Below, piece by piece: positions 50,539 to 62,985 of a DNA stretch of 64,000 nt. Below the pieces are notes generated by a model. It ran no database searches, was not told the DNA's origin, and saw only the letters and a list, made by a program, of their open reading frames with translations. Origin of the DNA: Cetorhinus maximus (Eukaryota); assembly GCF_964194155.1 (NCBI RefSeq), contig NC_135885.1, positions 84,940,001-85,004,000 on the forward strand. Direction: 5' to 3'. Position 1 is the stretch's first letter. Each line of letters starts with the position of its first letter. A program made the translations under genes and the position numbers.

Positions 50539-51266
50539 GGGCAGAATATTGCACTCATCGGGCGGGTGCGCGCCCAACCCAAGCGAGCATAAAATGATGC
50601 GCGATATTTCGGTCGGTGGGTGCGTGCAGGAGTTGGCAGCGTGCCCACCGACAACTAACAGGCCTATTAAGGCCATTAAAGTTCTAATTAAATGAAACTT
50701 TTCGTTGCCCATCCAACCTAATGGTTGGCAGGCAGGCAAAAAAGCCAGATTTTTTGCGAAACCTCATCCACAGACAGAATGAGGTTTCCATCAGTGACTT
50801 AACAAAATTTTCAAACTAATTTGTAACATGTCCCTGCTCATGTGACAGGGTCACATGAGGGGACGTTATAAACATTTTAAAAATCTTTATTTCTTATGTT
50901 TAAAAAGCTTCAGCTCCGAGGTAGCTCTGTGCCTCAGGGAGCTTTTACTGTGCACACCTGCGCACATGTGCAAACTTCCGTGCTCCCCACCCCCCAAGCC
51001 CCAAGGCAGTGCTGAGTGCTGCAGCACTCAATTCAGGCTGGCTGGCCACTAATTGGTCAGCCAGTCTGAATTGCGTGCTGCAGCACTCAGCACTGCCTTG
51101 CGGGGGGGTGGGGGGTGCGGGGGAGCGCGGAAGTTCGCACATGTGCGCAGGTGTGCACAGTAAAAGCTCTGAGGCACAGTGAAATGGCAGTCTCGGCCCA
51201 ATCACGGGTAGCGGTCCAATTTGCAGCCGCTCCCACTCGCCCTCGCTGAGTGGAATATCCTGGCCC
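50539..51266 (+). mobile_element. Harbinger-type MITE family A with internal fold-back
   Basis: TIRs GGGCAGAATATT / AATATCCTGGCCC; family A blocks in 50539-50940. Confidence 0.88.
50927..51179. repeat. 253-bp near-perfect palindrome
   Basis: Left arm CTGTGCCTCAG..GAGCTTTTACTGTGCACACCTGCGCACATGTGC..CAAGGCAGTGCTGAGTGCTGCAGCAC..CAATTCAGGCTGGCTG mirrored about ~51051. Confidence 0.95.
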
Positions 51267-51344
51267 ACATTTCTGGACATACACATGTCTAACAAGTTTA
51301 AAGTGGTGTGCCCTACACAATGCTGAGGAGTGTCTGAAATTGTA

Positions 51345-52050
51345 CCAACCTGTTTGTTCGCCAGCTGAACTGACCCCATATCCTGCCCATCACACAGACT
51401 GCTTATTTCTACTTCCATAACATCACCTGGTTCTGCCTATGTTAGCCCCTCTAACATCGAAATCTTCATCTAAGCCTCCAGACATCACATTTAGACTTCA
51501 CTATTCCTGTCCTGGATGGCCTCCCATCCCCACCCTCTGTAAAGTTCAGTTCATCCAAAACTCTGCTGCCTGTGCTCTATCCCATGCCAAGTCTCCCACT
51601 CAGCTAAGATGTCTGTCATTGCTTGCATTGACACTCGGGACCCTCCCACTCCCCCAACACCTTAAATTTAAAATTCTCATTGTCATCTTTAAATCACTTC
51701 ATAGCCTTTCCCTCCCCTAACTCTAACCTCCTCTGGCTCTACAAATCCCCTCCTGCGAATTGGATGCCCCTCAGGCTCTGACTTCTTGTATACACCCCCA
51801 GCCCACCAACTGCAGCTGTGCATTCAGTTTCCAGGCCTCACACTCTGCAATTCTAAAGCACACCCCTCCTGCCCCTCCAACTTCCTCCTCCATTAAGTCT
51901 TCCCTTAAAACCCACCTCTTTGACCATGTGTTTTGGTCCATCTTTCTAAGATTTTCTTCTGAGACTATTTTCTTTTTACACCATAGTGAAATGCCTAGCT
52001 AAATATTTCTATGTTAAAACCTTGTATGAATGTTAATTGCTGTTGGTTAT
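51345..52050 (+). mobile_element. L2 LINE 3' fragment, old
   Basis: TLCKVQFIQNSAACALS, QHLKFKILIVIFKSLH, SSIKSSLKTHLFDHVF. Confidence 0.8.
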
Positions 52051-52169
52051 GGTGCTAGAGTTGGCCACTGAAAGTTGTATAACTAGGAGCCCAAGATGGT
52101 TTGCTCTATGACTGTTGCTCCACCCTACCTCCCCATGCAGATTGCTTGGTACAATTGGTATATTTTTGG

Positions 52170-52977
52170 CATATTTTTTGTCAAAATGAGAATTACGGAA
52201 TGCAAAATTTTCATCAGTAGGGCTATCCATCATAATCAATGATCTGTAACAATGCAGCATTCATTTGTGCCCCTGTAAAATTACATTTAACAAACCAACA
52301 CTGCAAAAAGCCAGAGTCAGGTTCAAGAATTCAACACAACAGAATTTGCCAGTGGTAACATGGCAGAACTCTGGAACTCCAGTATTCTGTTCCACCATGC
52401 TGCTCCACAATAAGTATTTTATTTAATTAAAAGTCAGTTTGGGAAGATTATAAAAGCATTAGTTTAAATTAATTTAACCCAAAAGTAAAGAGGCAATCTT
52501 TATATTCTCCAGTTAATTTTCAATCCTCCCTCCTTTTCTGAAGGTCTCTTTGCTGGGATTAAGCCCTAATGGGTGTTGGTTGCTTTCTGGTATCTTGCTG
52601 AAATGGCCATTCCTCATGTGTGAACTGAGACTGTAGGCATCAATCATGCACACCTCAATATAGGCATGTAATGCTTAATAAAAGAATGAGTGTTTAAATA
52701 GCTTTGAGAGTTAAACTGTTTTATATTAATTACCTCTACTATCTAGATAAAAAAGTAAGTAGATAACACAACTGTTGATTTCCAACCTCAAGGAAAATAA
52801 TATACAAGAAAATGCGAGTGGGCAAAAACATATTTTTTGTCAAAATGCGAATTATGGAATGCAAACTTTTAGTCAGTAGAGCTATCCACCACAATCAATG
52901 ATTTGTAACAATGCAGCACTTATTTGTGTCCCTGAAAAATTACAATTAACAAATGCACCAACACTGCAAAAAGCCAG
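52170..52977 (+). repeat. Local ~145-bp direct repeat (52170-52314 and 52829-52977)
   Basis: Both run CATATTTTTTGTCAAAATG..CCAACACTGCAAAAAGCCAG; about 14 substitutions and one 4-nt indel by eye. Confidence 0.92.
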
Positions 52978-53049
52978 CCTTTCCTGAATTTCCCTTTCTC
53001 TTACCTTATGCCATATTTAATTGCTAAAATTAATGGGAGTAAATATAAC

Positions 53050-53628
53050 AGGCTGGATTTTATGCAGCTTGTGGTGGCAAGAACCATGGTCGACAGGCCC
53101 ACTTAATCATGGTAGAGGCCAGCTTCAGTCTCCCAGTGGCAGAAAAACCTCTGCAGATTAATGAGCCAATTTGCACCCATTATCCCTGAGTGCACTGCAA
53201 TTTAAAAATGTTATAGGCTTTACCAGCGGCCTCCTAAGGGAGATGGGGGGTTCCCTAGCTATCAGGTATTCTGTGGCATTGGGCAGTGGGGTGGCCACTG
53301 AAAGCCATCCCTTGTCCTCGCTTTCAACACCCCTCCCCCTTCCCATGGCCCCCATCCCTCCTTCACTCCCTATGGCCTGGGGCTCCCCCATAATCCTAGG
53401 CCTTGGGTACATGCAGTGCTAACAGCAGCCACCACTCCCACTGGTGGCAATGACAAGTGCTCAGCAGGGCTTCCACTGCTGGGTACCTCAGTCGCAAGCA
53501 AGTCCTGACAGCGGCCAATTAAGTGCCTGAAGAGCACTTGATTCTGTCTGGCCTCCCCCATGGAATGGTTCCCAGCCGGCTCTCAGACAGGTGGGCAAGG
53601 TCCCCATAGGCCTGATAAAATCCCAGCC
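53050..53628. mobile_element. Harbinger-type MITE (family C-related)
   Basis: Ends AGGCTGGATTTTAT / ATAAAATCCCAGCC, TSD AAC; AATTAAGTGCCT block shared with 57780. Confidence 0.7.
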
Positions 53629-54187
53629 AACATCCCCACATGTAATTAAATAATTCTTTCAAGCAACTTCTCAGAATTCTCTTTGATCTGATAAAGCAAT
53701 AAAACATTTAGAAAAAAACTAAGATTATGGCAAGGGTTTCTCTCAAACACATGGATCAACAATAGTTTAGCAAAATAAATGTTGATAAAGATCACACCAT
53801 GGAGAACTGTGGTCTAAATTTAATAATTGGTGTTGATGTAAAATGGAATTTCAATGGTAACACTAATAGTGCTTTGAAACACAATAGCTGCACCTATCAC
53901 AATTTTAAAGTGCTCCTCAAAATTCAAGGCAACCACAATGAATACAACGTGATTATTTCTTCGAAATTCTGTTTTAATTTAAATATGAACATACATCAGG
54001 AGGGATAGTGTTCAATGCAAGGAGCGTTTTTTAGTGAGTGCAGATAAAAGTATGAAATCAGATCCAGTGCTTCAATTGATTTACTGTCTAGTAACTTAAA
54101 ACGGCTCAGTTTTAGAAAATTGCATTTTTTTCTCAGCACATTGCTGCCAAATGTTCTCTTGTGTGTACTCTTTGTTTCGCCACTTAC

Positions 54188-54271
54188 TGCACGTCAGAGA
54201 TTCCTCCAGAAGCTCACCAAAACAGATCTTGAATTCACCATTTTTGTGCCTCATGAATAGTTCCACAGCTG
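54188..54271 (-). other. Exon-like segment, 84 nt (unassigned)
   Basis: Acceptor ATTCTCTCAG, donor GCA|GTAAGT, open phase-1 frame AVELFMRHKNGEFKICFGELLEESLTC. Confidence 0.25.
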
Positions 54272-57160
54272 CTGAGAGAATCATGTTCTCTACATTGTAA
54301 CATCCCTTGGGCAGCTTAACAGTTCAACACACTAGTTAGTCAGAGAGAATTACAGGTGGCCATTCCCTCTTGTAGGTTTCAGCAATTCAATGATTGAATT
54401 GTGTTCAGGTAAGTTTATTATGTGTCTATCGTATGGTTTTGGCACAATTTAAATAAAACAAAACAAAACGTAGAAGGTATTAAAACTGAGTGGATAATTA
54501 TACGATACCTGAGGTTGGGGATCAAAAAAATAAAACCACATCTTTTCAAGAGGAAGGTGTGTTTTCAAACTTTTGCTTTAAAACTAGAATTTGGGTAGCC
54601 TCATAAAAGCAAGCACTGGAGCTGAGTTCTGTCTTAAAATAGTGCAACAAGGCCTCTGACAGGCAGGGTGGAAAGCCGGAAACACTCCACCAATCACTAC
54701 CATCAATGATTAAACACCCACAATACTGATTATATTAAAGTGCTAAACTCAAGAAATATTGCTGCCCTTTATTGTGGGTGTTCAGGGAGCCAAGAAAAAA
54801 TGCAAGCCGTTCATTTTTCCAGTCCAAGAACTTAAGTATTAAAGCTGATGCCCAGAACCAGACATAGATCCACATACTTACACTGGCCAGGAAGATTTCC
54901 TTTGTGCTATATGTGTAACAAAATCATAAAGCAATTCCTGATATTAAAGATTATCAGAGAAAACTTCCTCCTCCACTAAGTTAATACTCATTGTAGAATG
55001 AATTAGTTTCCTGCACAACAATTTTGAAGACTAGGTAGTAGAAAGTTTCCTAAAATAATTTTTCCAAATATCTTATTAGCAGGCAACAAAACATATAGCA
55101 GGGCGCAACTTGCACCAGTCTTGAGAGCTGAGATGCTGCATGTAATGGATTTTGAAGGTTTGATATTTAGTGTTTGGCTAGGGGATGTGGGAGGAATTGG
55201 TAATGCACTAAATGGTGTGAAATAAGTTCTTGTTCTAAGCAAAAACTGCCTAGACAAAAAAGCTATGGAAGGAAAACTCAACTCAAAGATTATTAGGACA
55301 TAATATAAGACAGAGTCAAATGTTATTCCAGTAATTTGACACTAGGAAGAACATCCACTTTAACATTTACAGTAAATAATGTGAAAATAAATTGCACAAT
55401 ATTCAGTAGAAATAAATGTACTAAGTAATCCATGAACATGGGAATATTTTGTTTGTTAACCTAAAGATATTCCAATAAGTAATTTTTAAAAAAATTATGA
55501 ACAATGAAGCAGATACTAAATCTGATTTTAAACTGACTTGAGAAATCATTTAATATATTATGAGGGTTTGCTGAAAGCTATGCATGCAGAGAGTCGCATA
55601 GTCTCCAAGCCTTCAGCTCCACCCACGGGGTCACAGCCTACAGCAGCGTCAGACAGGCGTCACTCTGGTCTGGCTACTCCAGCTTGTTTGCCATTATGAA
55701 ATGCTGAGGCGCAATGCACACAATTTACTTTCGAGTGTCAATTAGTTATAAAGACCAGATTGGTAATTGTTACTTGTTTAGGAAAATCTGCTTTAAAAAG
55801 TCTCTAAATTATTTCAGTTTACAGCTCTTTGGAACGCATCACATGCATTCCAACGCAGGCACACATTGCATAGTATTAAATGCCTTAATTTGTATAATGC
55901 TTGAATAAAATATAATTTACAGCTGAAGGAACAAATGATCTTGTATTATGATTTTGTGAGATTATTGTACAGTGGCACCATGAAGCAAATTAGAAATAAT
56001 TAATACAAAATAAATTCCACTACAAGTTGTTACTCGCAGTACTTCAGCAGTTAAACCTGAAGAGGTAGTTACAAAGAGCTTTTTGAAGCAATCTAAGGGC
56101 TCGATTCCAGCTGGCTAACCAGTGAGAGTAAGAACACACTGAACCTGGGCTCTAGCCAGTTGTGGATGAAAGGAGGCTTGCTTGTTAAATAGAAGACAAG
56201 AGTTTTCCCCCTCCCTCTTTTGGTGGCTGTTGTTTTCATAGATATGAGAAAAAGAGGGAGAAATAGAGATAGATGAGACACACACACATACACAACAAAG
56301 GCAGAGACAAAAACAAAGAAACAAGAAAAGATATATATCAAACAAAAAAAAGCCAAGAAATTTAAAATACAAATGTCTGTGGAAAATGTGCGGAATGTCT
56401 TAATTTGTTTTGCTCTCAAGAGATAAACATCTCATAATATCTAAAAGAAATCCTATTACCTGAATATTGTAAAGAGCAGTGACATTTCTTACAATGCAAT
56501 ATTCTTGATTTTCAACACTGATGTAACTTGAGGTTTAGTGATGCCACCATATTGGTTTCAATTTGCAGCTTAATTAGTGTATCAGCATTACTGGTGAGAA
56601 ATACTAAACCTTTCTAAATGTTTTTCGGTCTACATTGAAATGACAGCTGTGACATCCGTGGATCTTTACAGACCTTCACTGCAGTAAGCCAGAGGAAAAC
56701 AGAAGCACCTTGTTTCTTATTTCTTAATTTATTGACTGAATTTTCCACTACTCTCAGTCAGTAATGTTTTGACAACTACTAAAACTTGACACAAACAAAT
56801 ATAATTTTGTTGCAGCTCGTGAGTTTAGTACAAAAATAACTCTCCAAGCATAACTTCGTCCATCTTCATAACAGCAATGCCAATGCCTGACAAGTGCCTT
56901 TAGTACATTAGGGATGACAACAATTCTACAGCAGGCCGGGTTCTCATCTCCGAAATACAGCAACCAAAGTAGTGGAAGGCTGAGCTTGCACATTGGTTCA
57001 ATGCCATGCGCAAGTTTCTGGAATAGCACTTGCAAATGTTCCATATGACAGACAACATATTCCATCCAAAGAGTTTCAGTCATAATTTGCAGGTGTGTAA
57101 ATGTCAATACCAGGAAAGAGTCCCAAGGTTTTCCGCAAAAGATCAGAAAGCAGATACCAT

Positions 57161-57546
57161 GGGCTGGATTTTACCAGCTCTCTGAGGGGGCAGCTCAATA
57201 GGCAAGATGGGTGAGGGGCAACCATAAAATGATGAGGGGAAGCAGGGAAATGGAATGCCCGTTGTCTTCTCCCATTTTACCAATACTATTTTGCCAATTG
57301 TAGAGACTGTGGAGGACAGCTGTCCTTCCCAGAGACCAACTGAGCCACTTCTGGTGGCACTGCTTAGCTGCAGGCCCTCCAATTAGCTGGCAGCAAGTGG
57401 GGGCGGGCATCTGGCCCTTAAAGAGACAAGATCACCAACAACTACTAATTAGTAGCCGGCAAGCCAAAAAATGCGGCCAGGGCGGTGTTTCCCCTGACTT
57501 TTGGGCCCACTGCCGGGGCCCGTGCTGTGCCGATAAAATTCTGTCC
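57161..57546 (-). mobile_element. Harbinger-type MITE family C, internally deleted
   Basis: TIRs GGGCTGGATTTTA / TAAAATTCTGTCC, TSD CAT. Confidence 0.78.
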
Positions 57547-57679
57547 CATGGATGTGTGGGCTGTGTACAGTTCCAGGATATGGAGACTGAAGGTTCAAAT
57601 AAAACAAACACTGAGAACAATGAAAATAAGAAGGTATAAATTGAAAGGGAAAGGAAACCAAAATTACTGTGGAAAGGAT

Positions 57680-58311
57680 AGCCAGTATTTAATGGAGGTG
57701 ACCGGGGGGGGGGGTCTCGCCCGCTAGCTGGAGAGCCAACGAGAGCACCACCTCGCCTATTTTTGGGAAGGCCCAATGAATTAAGTGCCTAAACTGGACA
57801 GTGGTGGGCCTTCTCTGCGATCAAGGACAGCAGGGGCAGAAGCCCCACCCACTGAGAGCTGCCAGCCAATCAGAGGACAGCAGCTCTATTGAATGGCAGG
57901 GCTACCAGGGAGGCACTGGCTGCTGCCAGTAAGACACCAACCCAAGGCCTAGTATGGATCTCAGGCCACAGGGTCAGTGATGGCGGGAGGGGGATGTGGG
58001 AGAGGGAAGTGAGGGGGGTTCAGGAGCAAGGGCAAGGCGGTGACCCTCAGTGGGCACTGAGTGACTTCGAATGAGGAACTTCCTACACCAGAAGCATGCA
58101 AGCAAACATGCCAGGACTTGCTTGTCGTTCTCCCCACATTAATTGCCCACCACAGGGCCTCAATTGGTGGCAGGGTGGGAAGGCCACTCACGAGCCTTCT
58201 CGCCTTGGACTTAACTGGGGTGGAAGTGGAAGGTGACGGCTGCCCACTTGCCCACCTGATTAAACTACCCCCCACCAAACTTGCCATGGCGGAGAGCATT
58301 AAATACCATCC
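57680..58311 (+). mobile_element. Harbinger-type MITE family C, degenerate ends
   Basis: CTGAGAGCTGCCAGCCAATCAGAG..GCAGCTC and AGGGCCTCAATTG blocks shared with 22585-23234. Confidence 0.65.
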
Positions 58312-58679
58312 AATTAAAGGAACTGAAGAGAGAAAAACCATGAAAACCCTCACAAAAAGGAAAACAAAAAAAATTAATTGGATAATGGGGGAAAACGTTA
58401 TTTCAAAGCTCCTGAAAGTTTAAATGCTTTTGGCTCAGATTCAAGTGAACAGTGTCTTAAAGGTAATTTGTTCATATACATAGATCTTTGCTGCTGATAC
58501 GAGTTATTTACACAGATTACAATGTAAATCTTCAATACGGATTCTTAAACTACTAACTGATCTTCAGTTTAAACAGTTTTGGGAGAATTGGAGGAGGTAT
58601 GGCAAGGACCAAGGCACAAAACACTTTGAGGACTGCAGTCCCAATATTAACAGGAAAGCAGGGGGAAAGTGCAGGAGCA

Positions 58680-59320
58680 TATTTTCAGGGTGGGGGGGGG
58701 AAATCGGGAAAAGCCAAAAATGCAGAGTTCATGATAAACTTAACGGCAGAATCTTGATCACCTTTTTTACTCTGTTTCCCATCCAGGTGCCAGCAGACGG
58801 ACAAATTGCGGTGCCAAGTAGGAAAGCCGGCCTGGGCCTTTGGGAATGATCTCCAGAAACCAGGAACCATTGTAAGTTGGTGATGAGATGGGAGCAGGAA
58901 ATCAGAAGCAATGGTAGACCAGAAGTGATTGGGGTGTGGGTTGTCTCAGTCGATCACAGCAGAAGGTTTGCTTGAGGGACCTGGGAGAGGGGCAAGACTC
59001 TTGTTCCTCTTGACCCAAATTCAGTGATGTAAAAAGCACTTGCCTGCTGCATCCAGCTGATCCAGCTTCCTTTCAGCTGCTGTGTTACTTGGGCTCTGGG
59101 AAATCAGCTATCAGATTTAAATGACTACCAAAATATCCGGAAGGGAGCCACATTATGACAGACAGACCTCTCCAGAGAAGGCTACTCGGGCACCCTGAAA
59201 TTTGCCGCAGTTAAAATGGGACTCAGGGTGTTCATGGCTGCTTGGGTTTTGGATATTTGCTAACTTCAACCCATGTCGGATCCTCTTGCACCCATCATGG
59301 GAGTAGCCAGGGAAATATAT
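58680..59320. mobile_element. Old Harbinger-type non-autonomous element (family D-like)
   Basis: GC-rich island with loose similarity to 46170-46547; termini not resolved. Confidence 0.4.
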
Positions 59321-59929
59321 CACTGTGATTAGTAGCTCAAATCACACAAACTTTGACAAGTTAAAAAAGGCTTGGATTGGTGTCAGCTAGTCTTTGATAC
59401 ATGGTACCCCACTTGATTGGTACTGGTGCAGAAAATAAAAATTCTGCTCCACATAACTGGTCATTATATGGTGGAAGAATATGTTCAGAAACAAAAGCTG
59501 TAAAAAAAAAATCCAACTAACTTGGACTCAGGAACTGTGGAGGAGACAGCTGTGCAATTCAGCACCACCAATGTCAAAATTATTATTTTATACGGCATAA
59601 ATTAAAACTGGCAAACCTTTTTTAGCATGACATCTTAAAACATAAACTCTACTGTACAAAAATAAACGTAGAGAACGCTTCATTAAAAAAGATATATTTT
59701 TCAAGAATATATTTACTCTTTTCTGCTTCCACCCTTCTCCATAAGGGGTTGGCTCTGTCTGTTGCGTAGTTTCCAAGTACCATTTGCTCTCCAGTATCTC
59801 ACCCAAGCAGCGTATTTGTGTATGGAGAACAAACTGGGGATTGAATCTAGGCTCATATCCAGAAGGATTACACCGCTTTAACAGCAAGTTCTTCCTTGGT
59901 GAGAGCTGAGGGACAAATGCTGGTCAGAG

Positions 59930-60528
59930 ATAAAGATCTTTCAAATGCTTGTAGTTTCCGCCATTGACACTTTAAAGGGTCTGGATGATTGATTCTTTTA
60001 TTGGGCTGTAGCAAAAGCAATTCTTATGAATTAATGACTTTTTAAAAAGGTTTTTTTAACATGTTCTATTGTCACAATAGGGATCATTGGTTCTATGCAG
60101 AGTGTATAGTGGGTGAATAGACATGGAAGTGCCATAGCTTGGAATGGAGGGTGTGAGGGGCCGTGGGTGGGTGGGGAGCATAGCTTGGCATGTTTGCATG
60201 GGCACGACCTTTTGAACTTATCTTTCAAAAGGTTCTCTTATCCAGATATGGTTCACAACGCCTCTGAGGTGCTATGAACCATGAGTCCTTTAAAAGCTGG
60301 TCTGACTCCATGAAAATTGTAGATGACTAGGACATACCTATCCCCATAATGGAGTTGGCTAGGTTGGGAGTGCAAGGTGCAGACTTGCATCCCGAACCAG
60401 CCTGCTCCCTTAGAAGGCACTGGTGAAAATCAGAATCCCTGGGAATGGGGTCAGGAATCCAGCATCGGGTCCTGCCCGTCACTTTCACACCTCCACGGAG
60501 TCTTCCCGACTCCATGAAATTCTAGCCC
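59930..60528 (-). mobile_element. Harbinger-type non-autonomous family B, one-ended copy
   Basis: Ends GAAATTCTAGCCC; reverse complement aligns with 11736-12420. Confidence 0.8.
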
Positions 60529-62985
60529 TCTATTTCACCTTTTTATAAAAAAGGTATTCAATCGGACACTGTAAATTCTGAAACTCAGTTTGATGTTCTA
60601 TTTTGACTGGACGGTGTTATCTTTTTAATCAGCTCCCAACTCTCTCCCCGCTTCTCTGGGAGGCTCTGAATCATGCTGGATTACCGTGCCATAGGCACCA
60701 GTGGCCAAATATCAATTCTTCATGTACAAATTAGGTATCAGGCAATTTGACTACAGGATAGGCACAATAGTCAGGCCTGATCCAGTTCTTACCCAATGGT
60801 TATGCAATATCCAGAAAGCAAACATGAGTGGGCATCCTGACTGTTTTTCACTTTAGTGACACGGAATACTCAGAATAGTTCTCCCATTTACCTGACCAGG
60901 ATGGGGTAACTGAACACTGGCACGATGAACCCTCTTTCTGTGCTGTCTAATTCTACAAGCGCAAATTGTGGATCACCACTGAAATGTTCCTGCTCTGGTT
61001 GTTCAGTACCAGCCAATTCTTTAACTCACTGAGGCAATTAACAGCAGAATTGATTTAATTGACGATGCAAGATCATACATCAGATTTAAAGATAAGGATA
61101 TCCTTAGGAGAGGTGAGTGTAAATAATAATCCAATTAATCACACATTTTATTTCAATTTATGCCATATTATTCTTTTAAAAGGGCAATGTTGCTTAAAAG
61201 TATCTTGTACCCTTGCAGTGTGCAGTAATATGATTGGTGATGAGGTTTTGGCACATGTTGCACACCAGAAGTACTCTGGCAGTCAAAATGGCACCAGGTC
61301 AACCAAGTCTTTAAAGCAGACTGCTACAGACACTTAACCTGATACTACCTGAAAACTTTAAAATACAACGGCAATATCTCTTTAAATGCCTTCTACTTGG
61401 TGTTTCATAGCCCCAGCTTTGAATGCTCTTTTGTTCAAAATCACTAAACTCTCCAAATACAATATTATTAACACTGTTATAAGTAATCTCTGTATGTAAT
61501 GCTGAAGTTTCATAATCACTCAATAATGTATGTATTTCATTTCTATAAACAATGCACATGACTGATGCCTTATGATATAATGAACAACAATGTGTGAAAG
61601 GTGCAGTGAATTTAAATAATATCCCAAAGAACTGCCACATGCATTAACAGGACTCCAAATCTACAAGTGTGAGTGTGTGATGATTACTGTATCTTATCCT
61701 GTCTTTCAGACAAGAGCACTTTTCCACCATAAAGAAACACAATGAGACAGATTGAATTACAGGCAGGAAAGAATTGCTCATGAACAATCAAAAAAAACCC
61801 CGTGTCGCTTGTCAGAACCACTTCCTCTGAGCCTCCCAAACATCTGCTTCTCCTGTGTACCCAAAAGTGTGTGGCTTCATCAGTAAAGAAAACAACCACT
61901 CAGCAAAAATTGCCCTCTTCAATGTACAAGGTACAGCATTTTCCCCACATAAACAAAGTTAAGTTTTTAGATTTATTTAAAGCTGGTTAATTGCTTCCTC
62001 TTTGCTGTCTTTTCCACTGAGCTTCATATTCTGGAACATCTCAAACTGACAAATGGATATTTTCCATCAAATGAAGCTTGCTTTCCGCCCTGACACAGTG
62101 GTTTAGGACCAATAGGAGCCGCCTATGAACTGGTGTGTAAAGCAGTCTCGAGCCACAGTTTGGGTTTTCCCTTATTTGGCAGATACTTCCTGTAAGAGAA
62201 CCAACCATGAGAGACCAGGCAACTGAGGATAGGGAAGAGACAAGGGAGGAGCAATTGGAGGCCAGGCTACTTTGTGCGTGCAAGGCTGCAGCTGGCAAGA
62301 ACAAACACTTAGTAAGAGCTGTCACCTGATATAACTGCCAGTCATTTCTCAATAGCCTCACAGCACTGCCTAGTACTTTTCACACATGCTTCAGAGGCAG
62401 GCTTAACCTAACAAAGAACATGTTCAATAGGCAGGCACTGAGAAGCCATGAGGAGCTGCAGTATTCTTTCAAAACAATTCTACTATTCTGTAAACTCCCT
62501 AACAATTTGCCTTTTAGGCAATAACTGACTTTCAAAATGCTCTAAATTGAACTGTCCTTGTTACAAATGGTTTGGAGAAGCTGAACCAAAAGGCACACTG
62601 TCCTCACTGTCACTGAGAAGCATTTTGGCTGACTGGCCATTTTAGTTGCAATGTGACAGACATCAGATGTTGTATATGGGTTTGGATAACTGAGATATAA
62701 GAATTTTAAGTTAACATATCTTTTCTAGTAATAACTTTACCAGGTGCATAAAAATGAGCCATTGCTCTCCAACAGCTCAGGTAGTTATGTCAATATTAAT
62801 CTAGCAATGCAGACCAGCAAGGTCCCAGTTTCAATCCCTAATTTGTTGATTTAATTTGAAATGGCAATAACAGTGCCAAAATCAGGCTCAGTGTTCCTGG
62901 AGGGAGAGAGAAAAAAACATCATTCATTCCTGATCACTGCCCAGTGAAAAACTGTTGAAAAATGTTCATTCTGATGTCAGTGGGG

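Noticed and set aside
50945-51418. 157-aa ORF across the palindrome
   Set aside because: A by-product of the GC-rich inverted repeat; the same peptide appears on both strands.
56754-57107. 117-aa minus-strand ORF
   Set aside because: No homology recognised and no convincing splice or start context.
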